A stretch of 64,000 nucleotides of DNA from NCBI GenBank assembly GCA_964016885.1, contig OZ024740.1:435178001-435242000 (forward strand), written 5' to 3'. How positions within the stretch are numbered: position 1 is the stretch's first letter; every line of letters starts with the position of its first letter. Below the pieces are notes generated by a model. That model saw only the letters and a program-made list of their open reading frames with translations. It did not search any database and was not told the origin of the DNA. Shown here piece by piece: positions 40,294 to 53,496 of this stretch. Both the position numbers and the translations under genes were made by a program. The stretch is from Eledone cirrhosa (lineage: Eukaryota).

Positions 40294-40357
40294 TCAAGTT
40301 TATTCAATATTTGGAGTATATGAAATTTCAGTGGGAAATTGACCAGAAATGATATTA

Positions 40358-40553
40358 CTGGATGATACATATTTGGCCATCACAGACACAACTGTTGCTA
40401 GTTGAAGCTGGATGATACATATTTGGCCATCACAGACACAACTGTTGCTAGTTGAAGCTGGATGATACATATTTGGCCATCACAGACACAACTGTTGCTA
40501 GTTGAAGCTGGATGATACATATTTGGCCATCACAGACACAACTGTTGCTAGTT
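40358..40553. repeat. 50-bp tandem repeat (~4 copies)
   Basis: Unit ctggatgatacatatttggccatcacagacacaactgttgctagttgaag. Confidence 0.92.
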
Positions 40554-40721
40554 AAGAATGCTGACTCAAACTTTAAGATCATTATCTGTTTTATATAATT
40601 CTTTTAAATTTTTGTCAAAAACTATTTTCATAGTTACACCCACAATTTTCACAAAATTAGAATTTTACAAATATGCTCAAATGTTTGTGTGTATAAATAT
40701 AAAGATACACACTCATTTATA

Positions 40722-41012
40722 TTTTTACTGGTTTCAGTCATTAGAATGCGGCCATGCTGGGGCAATGCTTTAAGAGAACTTAGTTCAACATATCAAGCCT
40801 AGTACTTATTTTATCAATTTCTCTTTGTCAAACAACTAAGTGACTGGACATAGATGTAAACAGAGAAATATATCTGATGAGCTTCTACCACTGACAAGAC
40901 ATTGGTCAACCTGAGGCTCAAGAAAACATCCGCTCAAGGTCTTCTTCAAGGGAACTGAACATGTGGTCACCTGGCACGCAGTAAATTCCTTAACCACACA
41001 GCCAGGCCTCCC
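40722..41012 (-). mobile_element. Second tRNA-derived SINE family, diverged
   Basis: On minus strand: head ggctgtgtggttaagg, B-box-like gttcagttcc, tail ccccagcatggccgcattctaatgactgaaacc. Confidence 0.6.
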
Positions 41013-41371
41013 TGTATACACATAGGTACATATATACACACACACATCTATACACATACAAACACACACATACATCTATACACATACACACATACATTGA
41101 CATTTCTGTCGACTTACAAATGATAAACTCAACAGTAAATAGTCATAAATTATGTACATATATAGAAAAGGTGAATCTATAAGATCAGATTACAGTGTGT
41201 GTGTCCGTCTGCATGTGTGTGTGAGGGGGTATGTGTGTGTGTGCATGTGTGTGTGTGTGTGTGTGTCTGCATGTGTGTGTATGAAATATGTTTTTGTTTG
41301 TATATTGGAAACTGTTTTTGTTTATATTTTTAAGTAATATTTTAACATTCCTTTAAAAAGATCTTACTTAC

Positions 41372-41406
41372 GAGAGTCCTTCGTTGGTGAAGTCAACAAA
41401 ATCCAT
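41372..41406 (-). CDS. Candidate alternative first coding exon of the EVI5-like gene (MDFVDFTNEGL-S)
   Basis: ATG GAT TTT GTT GAC TTC ACC AAC GAA GGA CTC TC | gtaagt. Phase-2 donor is compatible with the 9482 acceptor; in-frame TAA immediately precedes the ATG region only in another frame; unique sequence. Confidence 0.35.
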
Positions 41407-42802
41407 TTAACAGTGTTTCATGTAGTTGGAGATCATCTGATTGACTAATAGTATAGTACGCTACAATACTATACTACAATAGTACACTACAATACTATAC
41501 TACAATAGAACAGTACAATACTATAGTACAAAAGAGTGGTACAATACTACAGTACAATACTATGGTACAATAGTATGGTCCAATCTAACAGATCTCCAAT
41601 ATATCAACTGGTGATTAAATTCTTTATCATGATTGGTAACTTTCCTTTCATAGGAAACTGTCCGAAAACAGCCCTGCTTCTAATATAATGGGATATATTT
41701 TAAAGTCGTTAGATTTATCTAAAAACATTCCATCATAACATCAAGTTATATTTCAAAATGTTCCAAACACTTTTTTGATAATGAAAAACTTAGTTACATT
41801 ACTAAATGCCTCCAAATTCTTGATTATTTTCAAAATCATAGGCAGTGTCATTCATTGTAAATATGATAATGAAAGGGTTAAATTATCTCTCTTTTGAATG
41901 TGATGACAAAGGTGAGTGTTGGTATGTAGATGTCAGTGTATGTGTGTATATATATATATATATATGTGTATATATATATATGTCTGTGTATATAGGTAAT
42001 TCCGGGTAAGAGGTTGACAACAAAGAAGTGAAATGACAAATAAAAGAATGTGCAATTGTGTAGTGCAGGACTCACTGGTAGGTCTCTGAGTAGTTGTGTA
42101 AGACAATAGTGTGGTTGGGTGTGGGTTGTTAGAATATGTAGAATGTCTATATTAGTGTCAGCCTAATAGGAATCTGCCCCGAGTTTCAGGTCAGCCACAA
42201 ACAAGAGATACATTGATACATAGGTGCCACATAACACACCTTTTATGTGTGTGTGTGTATGTGATAGAGTATTATAAGTCAGCAGCTCACTCCTATAAGG
42301 TGTCTAATATCTCAATCAGAGAGAGAGAGAGAGAGAGAACAACAACAACATTAACACCCAGATATAAGAAGACACATCAGTGTTATGTTTAGGGTGAGTG
42401 AAACCACACAAAAGTGACAAGAGAGACAAAGCAATCTCTCCCGCTACATAAGATACAGAAAGAGAGCAACTTATATCAAATTAGTAGTACTAGAAGAAGA
42501 TAAAAGTTAAGGCCACTTAAGAGATAACAGATTAACTGAGGTTCAACATATGTTTATCTCACACCACTTAACATATTCAATATGTTATGCTTCAACTATT
42601 TCAATACATCATTCCTCTAGATGAGAAGTTCCAAAACATTTTTCATCATTGACCCCTAGCATGATGCCTCAATGATTCCAGGTATGTATAATAATAAGGT
42701 GTGGTAGTTTGCTAGAAGTATTGTGGAATATGAGATACAAATATAAATAAGTTTGGTTATTTGGAAGTCTGACAATGTGTTTGGTAAAAACAAATAATAA
42801 AA

Positions 42803-43015
42803 ATAATGATTTCTGATTGAGGCACAAGGCCAACAATTTTGGGGTGGGGAAAGTTGATTAAATGAACCCCAGTGTATTACTGCTACTTTATTTTATCGAT
42901 CCCGTAAGGATGAAAGGCAAAGTTAACCTCGGCGGGATTTGAACTCAGACCGCAAAGGGACGTAACTATGCTGGAAAGCATGGCGTCCAGCCCTCTACCA
43001 ATACTGCCAATCCAG
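42803..43015 (-). mobile_element. tRNA-derived SINE
   Basis: Reverse complement of the 6597 family. Confidence 0.85.
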
Positions 43016-43082
43016 GTAGTTTTAAATACATTAAAATACATTAACACACACATCATCCAGTCCACACTGTAAAGTGATTAGT

Positions 43083-43296
43083 ATGGATCAGTATCAGCCC
43101 CCAACTATAGCTGCATGGATCAGTATCAGCCCCCAACTATAGCTGCATGGATCAGTATCAGCCCCCAACTATAGCTGCATGGATTGGTATCAGCCCCCAA
43201 CTATAGCTGCATGGATCGATATCAGCCCCCAACTATAGCTGCATGGATCGATATCAGCCCCCAACTATAGCTGCATGGATCAGTATTGATCCCCAA
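43083..43296. repeat. 32-bp tandem repeat (~6.5 copies)
   Basis: Unit atggatcagtatcagcccccaactatagctgc. Confidence 0.92.
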
Positions 43297-44493
43297 TGAT
43301 AGTCATATGGAATGGTATCCACCACATTCTTTAAATGAAGAAAATAACAATATCCATATAACTTGAAATTGTTTAGTTTTGAAAGATAATAGCAGCACAA
43401 TTCTCATGGTTTGTGTAATCCAATATAATCCAATGAAAGCAACAGAAAAAAAAAAATCACATTTTTCTATTTTAATAAAATGAAATCTTATCAAAATGCT
43501 TGAGATTGATAGAAGAATGTCTTGTGTTTGGCAATATAGAGATCTTTTACTAAATTCAAACTTCAATCAAGAAGGAAGTTATGTCATAGCCAAGATCTAG
43601 AAAAATAACTCCCTATTTAGCTATTTAAAAACAAACGTATGAAGATAAAAATGGGCCTAGCTGCAATCTTTTGGAATATAAAGATTTTAAAAGACAGCTA
43701 GCCATCTCTTGACTGACAAGTTCTGCTCAAATGCAAAGAAGATTAAATACAAATCCAAAGTTTTAAGTTGCAAAAAGTTTATAAAAATTAGGATAAAGAT
43801 TAAGATATGAAATGTTAGTTAGAAACATGGTTGAAGTGATTTCTAATGAATGCTAAGAAGATTGGTTAAAATTTGGGTGAGTAATAAACATTTTTTAAAG
43901 AAATAGTGGAGAGTTGTTACATAAAGAAAGACACAATGCTAAAAATGAAAGACGGTTCTTTTAATTTTTTAAGAGAAAGAAACAGGTAAATTTCAGATAC
44001 ATCCACACATTCCAGCTGTAACCCCCGCACCAAAATACAGTTTCATTTGAGCAAGGTACAGCACAACCAACTGGACAGACTTGTCTCATAAAATCTAATC
44101 CATGTGAGTATTGAAACATAAGACAGTAAACAGTGATAATGAAGATGATATAGGGATCAAGTTGAACCCAGATCAGACATCCACACATGTAGAGATCAAA
44201 TTGAACCCCATACCATAAAATAAAAGCAATAGCAATTATGATCATAATTGTGAATTCAATGCTCAAACCACCAAGCCATACACCTTCTCCCCAAATTATG
44301 TCTACATTCTATATTTCAGTAAGATTCTAAGTAAACATTTGACATTCTTGTGTTGGCAGTTATTATGGCATGAGGTTTGGCTATTTATTTGGTTTAATCC
44401 ATGTTTATGTGATAATAATGAAACAAAAGGACAAACAAACAAAAACAGGTAAAAATAAAACAAAAAACATAATTCCTATAAAATAATTCAATA

Positions 44494-45658
44494 TTAACCC
44501 TTTAGCATTCACATTACTCTATATATACTGTAGGAAAGGAGAAGGTAGAAACTCCATTTTATGTCCCAAATGCAAAATATGGGTGCATAAAAGATGTAGT
44601 GGGATCACAGGTAAGCTAACTAAGAACATAGATTTTACATGTGGCCGGTGCTCTGGTGCAATAAGTAGCAGCAAGTGCCCACAAAATACTAGCTCTTTCA
44701 ATTGCACAGATGGTTCTATAGAAATAGTGGACAGCTTCCGTTACCTGGGTGACAAAATCAGCAGTGGGGGAGGGTGCTCTGAAAGTACAGTAGCTAGAGT
44801 CAGAACTGGATGGAAAAAGTTCAGAGAGCTTATACCACTATTAGCCGCTAAAGGGTTCTCCCTAAAAATGAAAGGCAGGTTGTATGATGCCTGCATACGA
44901 ACAGCAATGTTGCATGGCAGTGAGACCTGGGCATTGTGTGCAGAGGATATACGCAGACTAGAGAGGAATGAAGCTTGCATGCTCCGCTGGATGTGTAATA
45001 GTAAAGCATAAACGAACTAAGGGAAAAATTAGAAATAAGAGGGATCAGATGTTGTTTACTCGAGAGAAGGCTACGTTGGTATGGTCACGTGATGCGCATG
45101 AAAGACGACAGCTGTATAAAAAAGTGCAGGGCAATAAAAATAGACGGTAGCCACAGAGTAGGCAGACCCAGAAAAACCTGGGACGACTTGATAAATTCTG
45201 ACCTCACACACTTACACCTCCCCAAGACAATGTCACTGGACCGAGATCTTTGGCGCTACACAGTAATAGAGAAGACCCGCCTTACCTAAATACAAAGTAA
45301 AATCTACTACAGTCAGTAGGCACCTCTAACAAAATACACCCCCGTCCCACTACCCCCACCCCATCCACACCACCCCTTTCAATGTAAAGTTATGTTGGTA
45401 CCACAACATCCAGTCCGAAACAAATGAGGTTGTGTAGGTGTCACAACAAAAAAACACACAGTGCACGCTGTAATGTGGCCGTGTAGGTAACACGGTAAAA
45501 ACCTCCCAGTCCACACTGTAAACGTGGTTGGTGTTAGGAAGGGCATCCAGCCGTAGAAAATCCGCCAGACAGTCCTATGCGAGCAAGACAACCACTCTTG
45601 CCTCAAGTGGGAAAACTCCCGTCCAAACCCATGCAAGCGTGGAATATGGACGTTAAAC

Positions 45659-45691
<33 letters not shown>

Positions 45692-45881
45692 ACTATTGTA
45701 TTTTTGTGGTAAAGGTTTTATTTTACATAATACCTCACATAATATTGAATCTATGAGATTTTGATATTTATTTTGAAAACAATACCTTAACATAAGTATG
45801 AGTGGCTGGTTACAGCTGGTTTGAGCGGAAAGAAGTGAGAATTCTGGCCGGATATGGCCGGTTTAAATGCTAAAGAGTTAA
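44494..45881. mobile_element. TTAA-flanked piggyBac-like MITE split by an RTE insertion
   Basis: Inverted termini ttaaccctttagcatt (44494) and aatgctaaagagttaa (45881). Confidence 0.75.
44529..45690 (+). mobile_element. 5'-truncated RTE LINE including a Cys/His finger region
   Basis: CRKG..RNSILCPKCKIWVHKRCSG...CGRC, FRYLGD, MLHGSETW, GRPRKTW, 3'UTR and (gat)n tail. Confidence 0.93.
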
Positions 45882-46165
45882 CAAGGGAAGCTGGAATCAA
45901 ATGACTGAGATGACTTGCTAGAAATAGAAGTCAAATTTCCCTCAAATCACACTACCACTTTGGTAAAGGAATGGATACATTAGCTAATGTAGTCCAACAT
46001 ATTCTTAAAATGACATACAAGATGGTTAACTGTTGGAATGTCATTGAACACAGGTCAGCTACTTGATCAGTACTGACCTAGGGTTAAACAACAACAACAA
46101 ATAAAGACAAAGATGAGAGAAATGATGAAAATAAATGAAACTTATTGTTTCAACTTTTTCAAACA

Positions 46166-46540
46166 TAATAATAATAATGAAATTATTGTGTACAGTGCTC
46201 AGGTGCACTATAACTCATCAAAGGTGCATGTATAGTACATAGAATAATGTACAAATGTCAGAGAAGTGCATATTGTATGAGTCATGAAATACATGTGTGT
46301 ATGTGTATGGAGGGTGGGATGTCAGGTGTAGTGCCGGCAAATCTCAGGAAGCATGGAGGTTTTAAAGGATGCAGGGAGTTTGTTCCATGCTTCAGCAACT
46401 CTGAGCGTGAAAAAATGTTTCCGAAAGTCATGGGAGCTGTGCTGTTTTCTGATTTTGTAGGCATGCCCACGTGTGTTAGACACATGGAGATCAAAAAGGT
46501 ACTCAGGGTTGTTGTTGGCTTCTGACACATAAACCAGTCT
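46166..46540 (-). mobile_element. CR1/L2-type LINE 3' end
   Basis: TRGHAYKI...RKHFFTLRVAEAWNKLP, a typical CR1-clade ORF2 C-terminus; (tta)n tail. Confidence 0.85.
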
Positions 46541-47693
46541 TTCAGATACTTCAGCTAACAGTTGCTCTAGTAAGTAATAGCTACTGTAAAGTAAACCTAT
46601 CAAACCTACACTCTATGAAGTATTAGTGGCAAGAATCATCAATGATGATGGCTTTAAGGATTGATATACAATTTAACTCTTAACATCCTGTACCACATCA
46701 AACCACATTAGCAAGACATCCTTGAAAATAACACTATGACTGTATCACATTAAAAATTGAAGTCTTTATCTTAGTTTTCTGCACATTTTCACAAAGATCT
46801 CTCTACTATTAAAGATACTATAAATATTTAAATTAACAAACCCACTTCAAAATATTCTCTGTTCTACAGTATGTTAAAAGTTTAAAATGGCAGGAATTGT
46901 TCATGACTCCCAAAGCTTCCCTCCCTCCTTTGAATTTAATCAGGCAATCATTCACTCCAGGTAGAACCACTACTTCTCCAAATTGAGAGATCACAGCTCC
47001 AATGTGGTTAGAATGTCTCAGGAAAGAATCGTTGGATAGATTTTATGGGCAAACCCAACTGGCAGGAGACCCAGGGGTAGACATCAAGTAAGATAGTTGG
47101 ATAACATCCATCAGTTTGGTTGGTCTTGTTTGGGGATCCAGCCAGATCAGTTGATACTTATTCACAGTATTTGAGGGTGGCAATGACAAGGGAGTGTCTG
47201 TACAACTTGGTGCAAAACAAAAACAACAAAGGCTCAAAAGCTATTTTTATTTGCAAACAGCTTTATCAGTTTTCTCAATGTTTACCTCTCTAAAAGTGAA
47301 GGTAATATTCTGAAATATTTTATAGTTTGCTACATTCTCACAATTCAACTTTTTCTTACTCTTCTCATTCAAAATAATCTTTTATCTTTTTTAAATAGAA
47401 TAATCTGAAAAAGTCTTTGAGTGCAATTGAAGGTAATCACAAGTACATACCTTTCCAAACATAATTTATCAAAGTAACTGAGTATTATGAGATATTATTA
47501 TATGTTGTTTTGTATTTTTGTTAATTTCTGTGTCCTTGACTAGCTTTTCTTTGTTGTTTTATTTTGTGAAAAATGACAGAACGAGGACAATAAAGTTACC
47601 AAACGACAATCCTTCCGCAATAAATGAAATATCTGAAATTCTATCAGATATGTCAGGTAACCGACATATTTAATCAAGAAGAGGGATACAAGA

Positions 47694-48070
47694 AACACAC
47701 AGCCAGTCACTCTCTCACACATAAACACAACCTATCTCTCACACACATACACAACCTATCACTCTCACACACACAGTCAGTCACTCTCACACACAGTCAC
47801 TCTCTCACACACATACACAACCTATCACTCTCACACACACACAGTCACTCTCTCTCACACATACACAACCTATCACTCTCACACACAACCTATCTCTCTC
47901 TCTCACACAGAAACACACACAAAGACTCTTTCTCGCTCACACTCTCTCTCTCTCTCTCATACACAGAAATACACAGTCACACTCTTTCTCACACCCATAC
48001 AGAGACTCTTTCTCTCTCTCTCTCTCTCACACACATTCAGCCACTTTCTCTCTGTCACACAGAAACACAC
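47694..48070. repeat. (CA)/(CT) low-complexity tract
   Basis: Direct reading. Confidence 0.85.
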
Positions 48071-48165
48071 ATATGCAAGTCCCCACCCCTGCTCACATTA
48101 AAACAAACATATAGTCCCTGTTCTCTCTCACCCACACATACTGGCTACATCCATTATTACACCTA

Positions 48166-51100
48166 CTAGCAGAAATACCACCCTTCAGGTGGTTTTCTGC
48201 TAGCATGTGTAGTGTGTATATTGATATTATACACAAGTATATATACATGTAGATATGATACATCAAATAACATCGTAATTGACAATATCCACAGAAATTG
48301 AACGAAGACTGTGTTACATTGTCTTATGTAATCAGTAACGTAATCCATGATACATTAAAAAAGACGATATTATATATAAACTGCTGCCGGACGAAAGGGC
48401 AAAGCCCCACCCTCTTTGTTGCGGCCGCGGATGGCCAACATAACCCCAACCCCATCAACCACACCCCTCCCTGCACCCCACCACCAAACGCAATCCAAAA
48501 CTTCAGAGTTGGTTCCATGAATGTAGGGACCTTAAAAGGCCGCTCAAACGAGGTTGTAGAAATGCTTGAACGTAAGGAGGTTGATGTCTGCTGCATCCAA
48601 GAGACCAGGTGGAGGGGCGGGTCTGCTAGATTCATTGTGGGTAAAAAACGATGCTATAAGCTTTTCTGGGTGGGAAATGACAATGGGCTGGGTGGGGTAC
48701 GAATCATGTTAGCAGAAAAATGGGTGGATAAGATAATAGATGTAAATAGAGTAAACGACAGAATAATTAAAATAAGACTTGTTCTAAATAGAACTACTGT
48801 GACGATAATATCTGCGTACGCGCCCCAATCCGGACTGCATGGCGCTATAAAAGACACTTTATAAAAGACACTGATGCTCACTACCTCCCAAATAACTGAC
48901 AGTGACTATATAATTATTGCTGGCGACCTAAATGGTCACGTTGGACAACATTGTGACGGCTATGATGAAATCCATGGAGGCTATGGGTTTGGTACTAGAA
49001 ATGAGGAAGGCTCCAGAATCCTGGAATTCTGTGACGCAAATAACCTAACAATCTGTAACACTAACTTCAAAAAACGAGACAATCACTTGATCACCTACAG
49101 ATCAGGGGAACATACCAGCCAGGTAGATTATATCCTTACCAGAAGACGTGACAGAGTGACTGTTGTAAACACTAAATCCCTCCCCCATGAAGAATGCACC
49201 TCCCAACATAGACTGATAATTAGCGACCTCATAGTCAGGACGAGACGTACTCGACAGCAGAAGAGGACTATCCTCAGGAGAAAAATATGGAAGCTAAAGG
49301 ACCCCACAGCCAGAAATAAATTTCAAAGCATATTACTTGCCGCTTTTGACAGTAAGGAAGAGCATTTAGAGTCGGACAATATAGAGGGACAGTGGGAATT
49401 CCTGAAAGCAAACCTGCTGATGGCGGCAGACGAAGTCTGTGGCCGGAGCAGGCCTATAGGCAGGAGGAGAGTAACATGGTGGTGGAACAGTAAGGTGGAG
49501 GAGTCGATTAAGGCCAAAAAGCAGGCTTGGAAAATATGGCGGGATGGGGGAAGTAGAGAAGACTATCAAGTGGCCAGGAGGGAAGCTAGGAGACAAGTGT
49601 ACTTTGCAAGAAGGGAAGCAGAGGAAAGAAAGTTCAAGCATGTTCTACAACGCGAGGACCAAAAACGTGAGGTGTTCAGGATTGCTAGGCAATGTGTCAA
49701 GGAAAACCGTGATATTGTTGGGGAGAAGTGTGTACTAAATGATGATGGCGTACTCGCCATCACTACGCTGATAAGAAGGTCGCTTGGAAGTGTCACTACG
49801 AGAGGCTACTAAATGAGGAGAATAAATGGGAGAAGCATAGTCTCCCCCAGATCGATCCAATAGAGGGACCAGCAGTGTTAGTTGAAGGTAGTATAATAAG
49901 TAAGGCGATCAAAGATATGAAGGCGGGTAAGGCGGCTGGGCCTTCGGAAATAGTCACTGAGATGCTGAAGGCCTCTGGAATGGTGGGACACACCATGGTC
50001 ACCCGGATAGTAAACCAAGTCATACAGAATGGGGTTGTTCCGAAGGACTGGCGTAGCAGCATCATCATTAACTGCTATAAGGGAAAAGGAGATGCCCTAG
50101 ATAGGAGTAACTATAGAGGCATTAAATTAATCGACCAGGTCATGAAGGTCACGGAAAAAGTAATAGTGCAACTAATCAGAGAGAGAATCGATCTAGATGA
50201 AATGCAGTTCGGGTTTGTGTCAGGCAAAAGTACCACAGACGCTCTTTTCATTGTACGACAACTACAGGAGAAGTACCTAGCTAAAAGTAAACCCCTATAC
50301 TTAGCCTTTGTCGACTTGGAGAAAGCCTTCGACAGAGTCCCCCGTTCCATTATCTGGTGGGCTCTTAGAAAACTAGGTGTTGACGAATGGCTTGTGAGAG
50401 CTATACAAGCCATGTATAAAGAAACAGTGAGCAAGGTTAGAATTAACAACGAATATAGTGAAGAGTTTAGCGTAAAAGTTGGTGTCCATCAGGGCTCTGT
50501 TCTTAGCCCCCTACTATTCATTATTGCTCTTCAGGCTATAACAGAGGAGTTCAAGACCGGCTGCCCATGGGAACTCCTATACGCAGATGACCTAACGCTC
50601 ATAGCTGAATCAATGGCTGAGCTAGAGAAGAAATTCCAAACATGGAAGCACGGCCTAGAATCAAAAGGCCTTAAAATTAACATGGCTAAGACTAAAGTTC
50701 TAGTTTGTAGGAAAGAAAATAAGGCGCCGGTCCCTTCCGGGAAATGGCCATGCTCAGTGTGTAGGAAAGGCGTAGGTAGAAACTCCATTTTATGTCCCAA
50801 ATGCAGAGAGCTTATACCACTATTAGCTGCTAAAGGGTTCTCCCTAAAAATGAAAGGCAGGTTGTATGATGCCTGCATACGAACAGCAATGTTGCATGGC
50901 AGTGAGACCTGGGCATTGTGTGCAGAGGATATATGCAGACTAGAGAGGAACGAAGCTTGCTTGCTCCGCTGGATGTGTAATAGTAATATACGCGAACGGC
51001 AAAGCATAAACGAACTAAGGAAAAAATTAGAGATAAGAGGGATCAGATGTTGTTTACTCGAGAGAAGGCTACGTTGGTATGGTCACGTGATGCGCATGAA

Positions 51101-51982
51101 AGACGACAGCTGTATAACAAAGTGCAGGGCAATAAAGATAGATGGTAGCCACGGAGTAGGCAGACCCAGAAAAACCTGGGACGAGCTGATAAATTCCGAC
51201 CTCACACACTTACACCTCTCCAAGACAATGTCACTGGACCGAGACCTTTGGCGGTACTCAGTAACAGAGAAGACTCGCGTTACCTAAATACAAAGTAAAA
51301 CCTACTACAGTCAGTAGGCATCTCTAACAAAATACACCCCCCCCCCCCCACCCCATTCAATGTAAAGTTATGTTGGTGCCACAAAATCCAGGCCGAAACA
51401 AATGAGATCGTGTAGGTGTCATGAAAAAAAAACACACAATCCACGCTGTAATGTGACCGTGTAGGCAACACGGTAAAAACGTCCCAGTCCCACACTGTAA
51501 ATGTGGTTGGTGTTAGGAAGGGCATCCAACTGTAGAAAGCCCGCCAGACAGTCCTATGCGAGCAAGACAACCACTCTTGCCTCAAGTGGGAAAACTCCCG
51601 TCCAAACCCATGCAAGCATGGAACACGGACGTTAAACGATGATGATGATAATGATGAAACTGCATTAGGCAAAAATTAGTGACAGAAAATTAGTATGTTT
51701 ATTTAAGCTATCGCCACCGGAAGTGTTGACATCACACACTCTCTCTTTCTATATATATGGTAGTTGAAGTGGTGGTGGTGGCAACGATATACCGGAAGTG
51801 CAACTTTGAAAAGAAGTCAATTTTAAATTATTTATTTTTTTACGAAATTATTTTTCTTTACGAAATTTAGTAGATAAATTATGTAATATTCATTAATTAT
51901 TTATTCAAAGTAATCCAACTTATTTTACTAAGGGGATAAAAAAAATAAACCGTACACAGACCTTCCTTTATTATAGTTTAGA
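48166..51982 (-). mobile_element. Non-autonomous Helitron (~540 bp net) hosting the RTE insertion
   Basis: Minus strand: 5' A|TCtaaactataa at 51982; 3' hairpin ccacc-tgaag-ggtgg followed by CTAG|T at 48166; AT target; internal accggaagtgttgacat shared with the 63690 element. Confidence 0.7.
48385..51656 (+). mobile_element. Near full-length RTE LINE (APE endonuclease plus RT), inactivated by frameshifts
   Basis: APE motifs GSMNVGTL, CIQETRW, SAYAPQ, AGDLNGH, SQVDY, SQHR; RT motifs DLEKAFDRV, GVHQGSVLSP, YADD; frameshifts near 48865 and 49770-49800; (gat)n tail; 7-bp TSD aaactgc at 48378-48384 and 51657-51663. Confidence 0.96.
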
Positions 51983-52179
51983 TAGTTACAGTTTCCAATG
52001 TATTAGTATCGTTTGAAGTGAGAGTAAACGAGAGAAATATGTTGGGAATAACAAAAGACAGTTAAATTAGTTGCCTAATTAACTAAATATCTCAGGTTTA
52101 ACAACATTCTACGTCACTTTTACCATATTTACAGACTCCATAGAATGTTTCCCACCACATCTTTAATCTACCTATTTTG

Positions 52180-53205
52180 TGTATTTTACTCTACATGGCC
52201 TGTACAGCTCTCATTTTACTCTACATGTCTTGTACAGCTCTCATTTTACTCTACATGGCTTGTACATCTCTCACTTTACAGTACATGGCCTGTACAGCTC
52301 TCACTTTACAGTACATAGCCTGTACAGCTCTCACTTTGTTGTACATGGCTTGTACATCTCTCACTTTACAGTACATGGCCTGTACAGCTCTCACTTTACA
52401 GTACATGGCTTGTACAGCTCTCACTTTGTTGTACATGGTTTGTACAGCGCTCACTTTGTTGTACATGGCTTGTACAGCTCTCACTTTGTTGTACATGGCT
52501 TGTACAGCTCTCACTTTGTTGTACATGGCTTGTACAGCTCCCACTTTACTGTACATGGCTTACACAGCTCTCATTTTACACTACATGGCTTGTACAGCTC
52601 TCACTTTACAGTACATGGCCTGTACAGCTCTCACTTTGTTGTACATGGCTTGTACAGCTCTCACTTTGTTGTACATGACTTGTACAGCTCTCACTTTGTT
52701 GTACATGGCTTGTACAGCTCTCACTTTACTGTACATGGCTTACACAGCTCTCATTTTACTCTACATGGCTTGTACAGCTCTCACTTTACAGTATATGGCC
52801 TGTACAGCTCTCACTTTGTTGTACATGGCTTGTACAGCTCTCACTTTGTTGTACATGGCTTGTACAGCTCTCATTTTGTTGTACATGGCTTTTACAGCTC
52901 TCACTTTACTGTACATGGCTAACACAGCTCTCATTTTACTCTACATGGCTTGTACAGCTCTCACTTTACAGTACATGGCTTGTACAGCTCTCACTTTGCT
53001 GTACATGGCTTACACAGCTCTCACTTTACTGTACATGGCTTACACAGCTCTCACTTTACTGTACATGGCTTACACAGCTCTCACTTTACTGAACATGGCT
53101 TACACAGCTCTCACTTTACTGAACATGGCTTGTACAGCTCTCATTTTGCTGTACATGGCTTACACAGCTCTCATTTTACTCTACATGGCTTACACAGCTC
53201 TCACA
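52180..53205. repeat. 30-bp minisatellite (~34 copies)
   Basis: Unit tgtacagctctcactttgttgtacatggct with variants. Confidence 0.95.
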
Positions 53206-53496
53206 AACCATTTATTTCAATCTTGGTCCAGTTTGAGAGGTTACACCCCACTTGGTAAGCAAGTGGTGTCAGGGTACTTATCAATCGTTTGTTTTTGTCC
53301 ATTGATTCAGATATTTGTTTATTTGTTTTCTTTAAATAGAATTTTAAATAAAGACTCTGCTCTTTTTTATTTCTTCCTAAAAAATTGGGCCCATTATCTT
53401 AAGTGTGTAAATGTACCAATAAAATATTTCCAAAAAGCAGAAATAATTATTTCCGTTTGCAAAGTTAAGCAATTCTGTTACCAAAAATAGCAGAAT

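Noticed and set aside
39123-40297. Three overlapping ~330-390-aa ORFs
   Set aside because: 35-bp repeat lacking stops on the minus strand
52177-53490. 437-aa ORF (LYMACTALTL)n
   Set aside because: 30-bp minisatellite artefact
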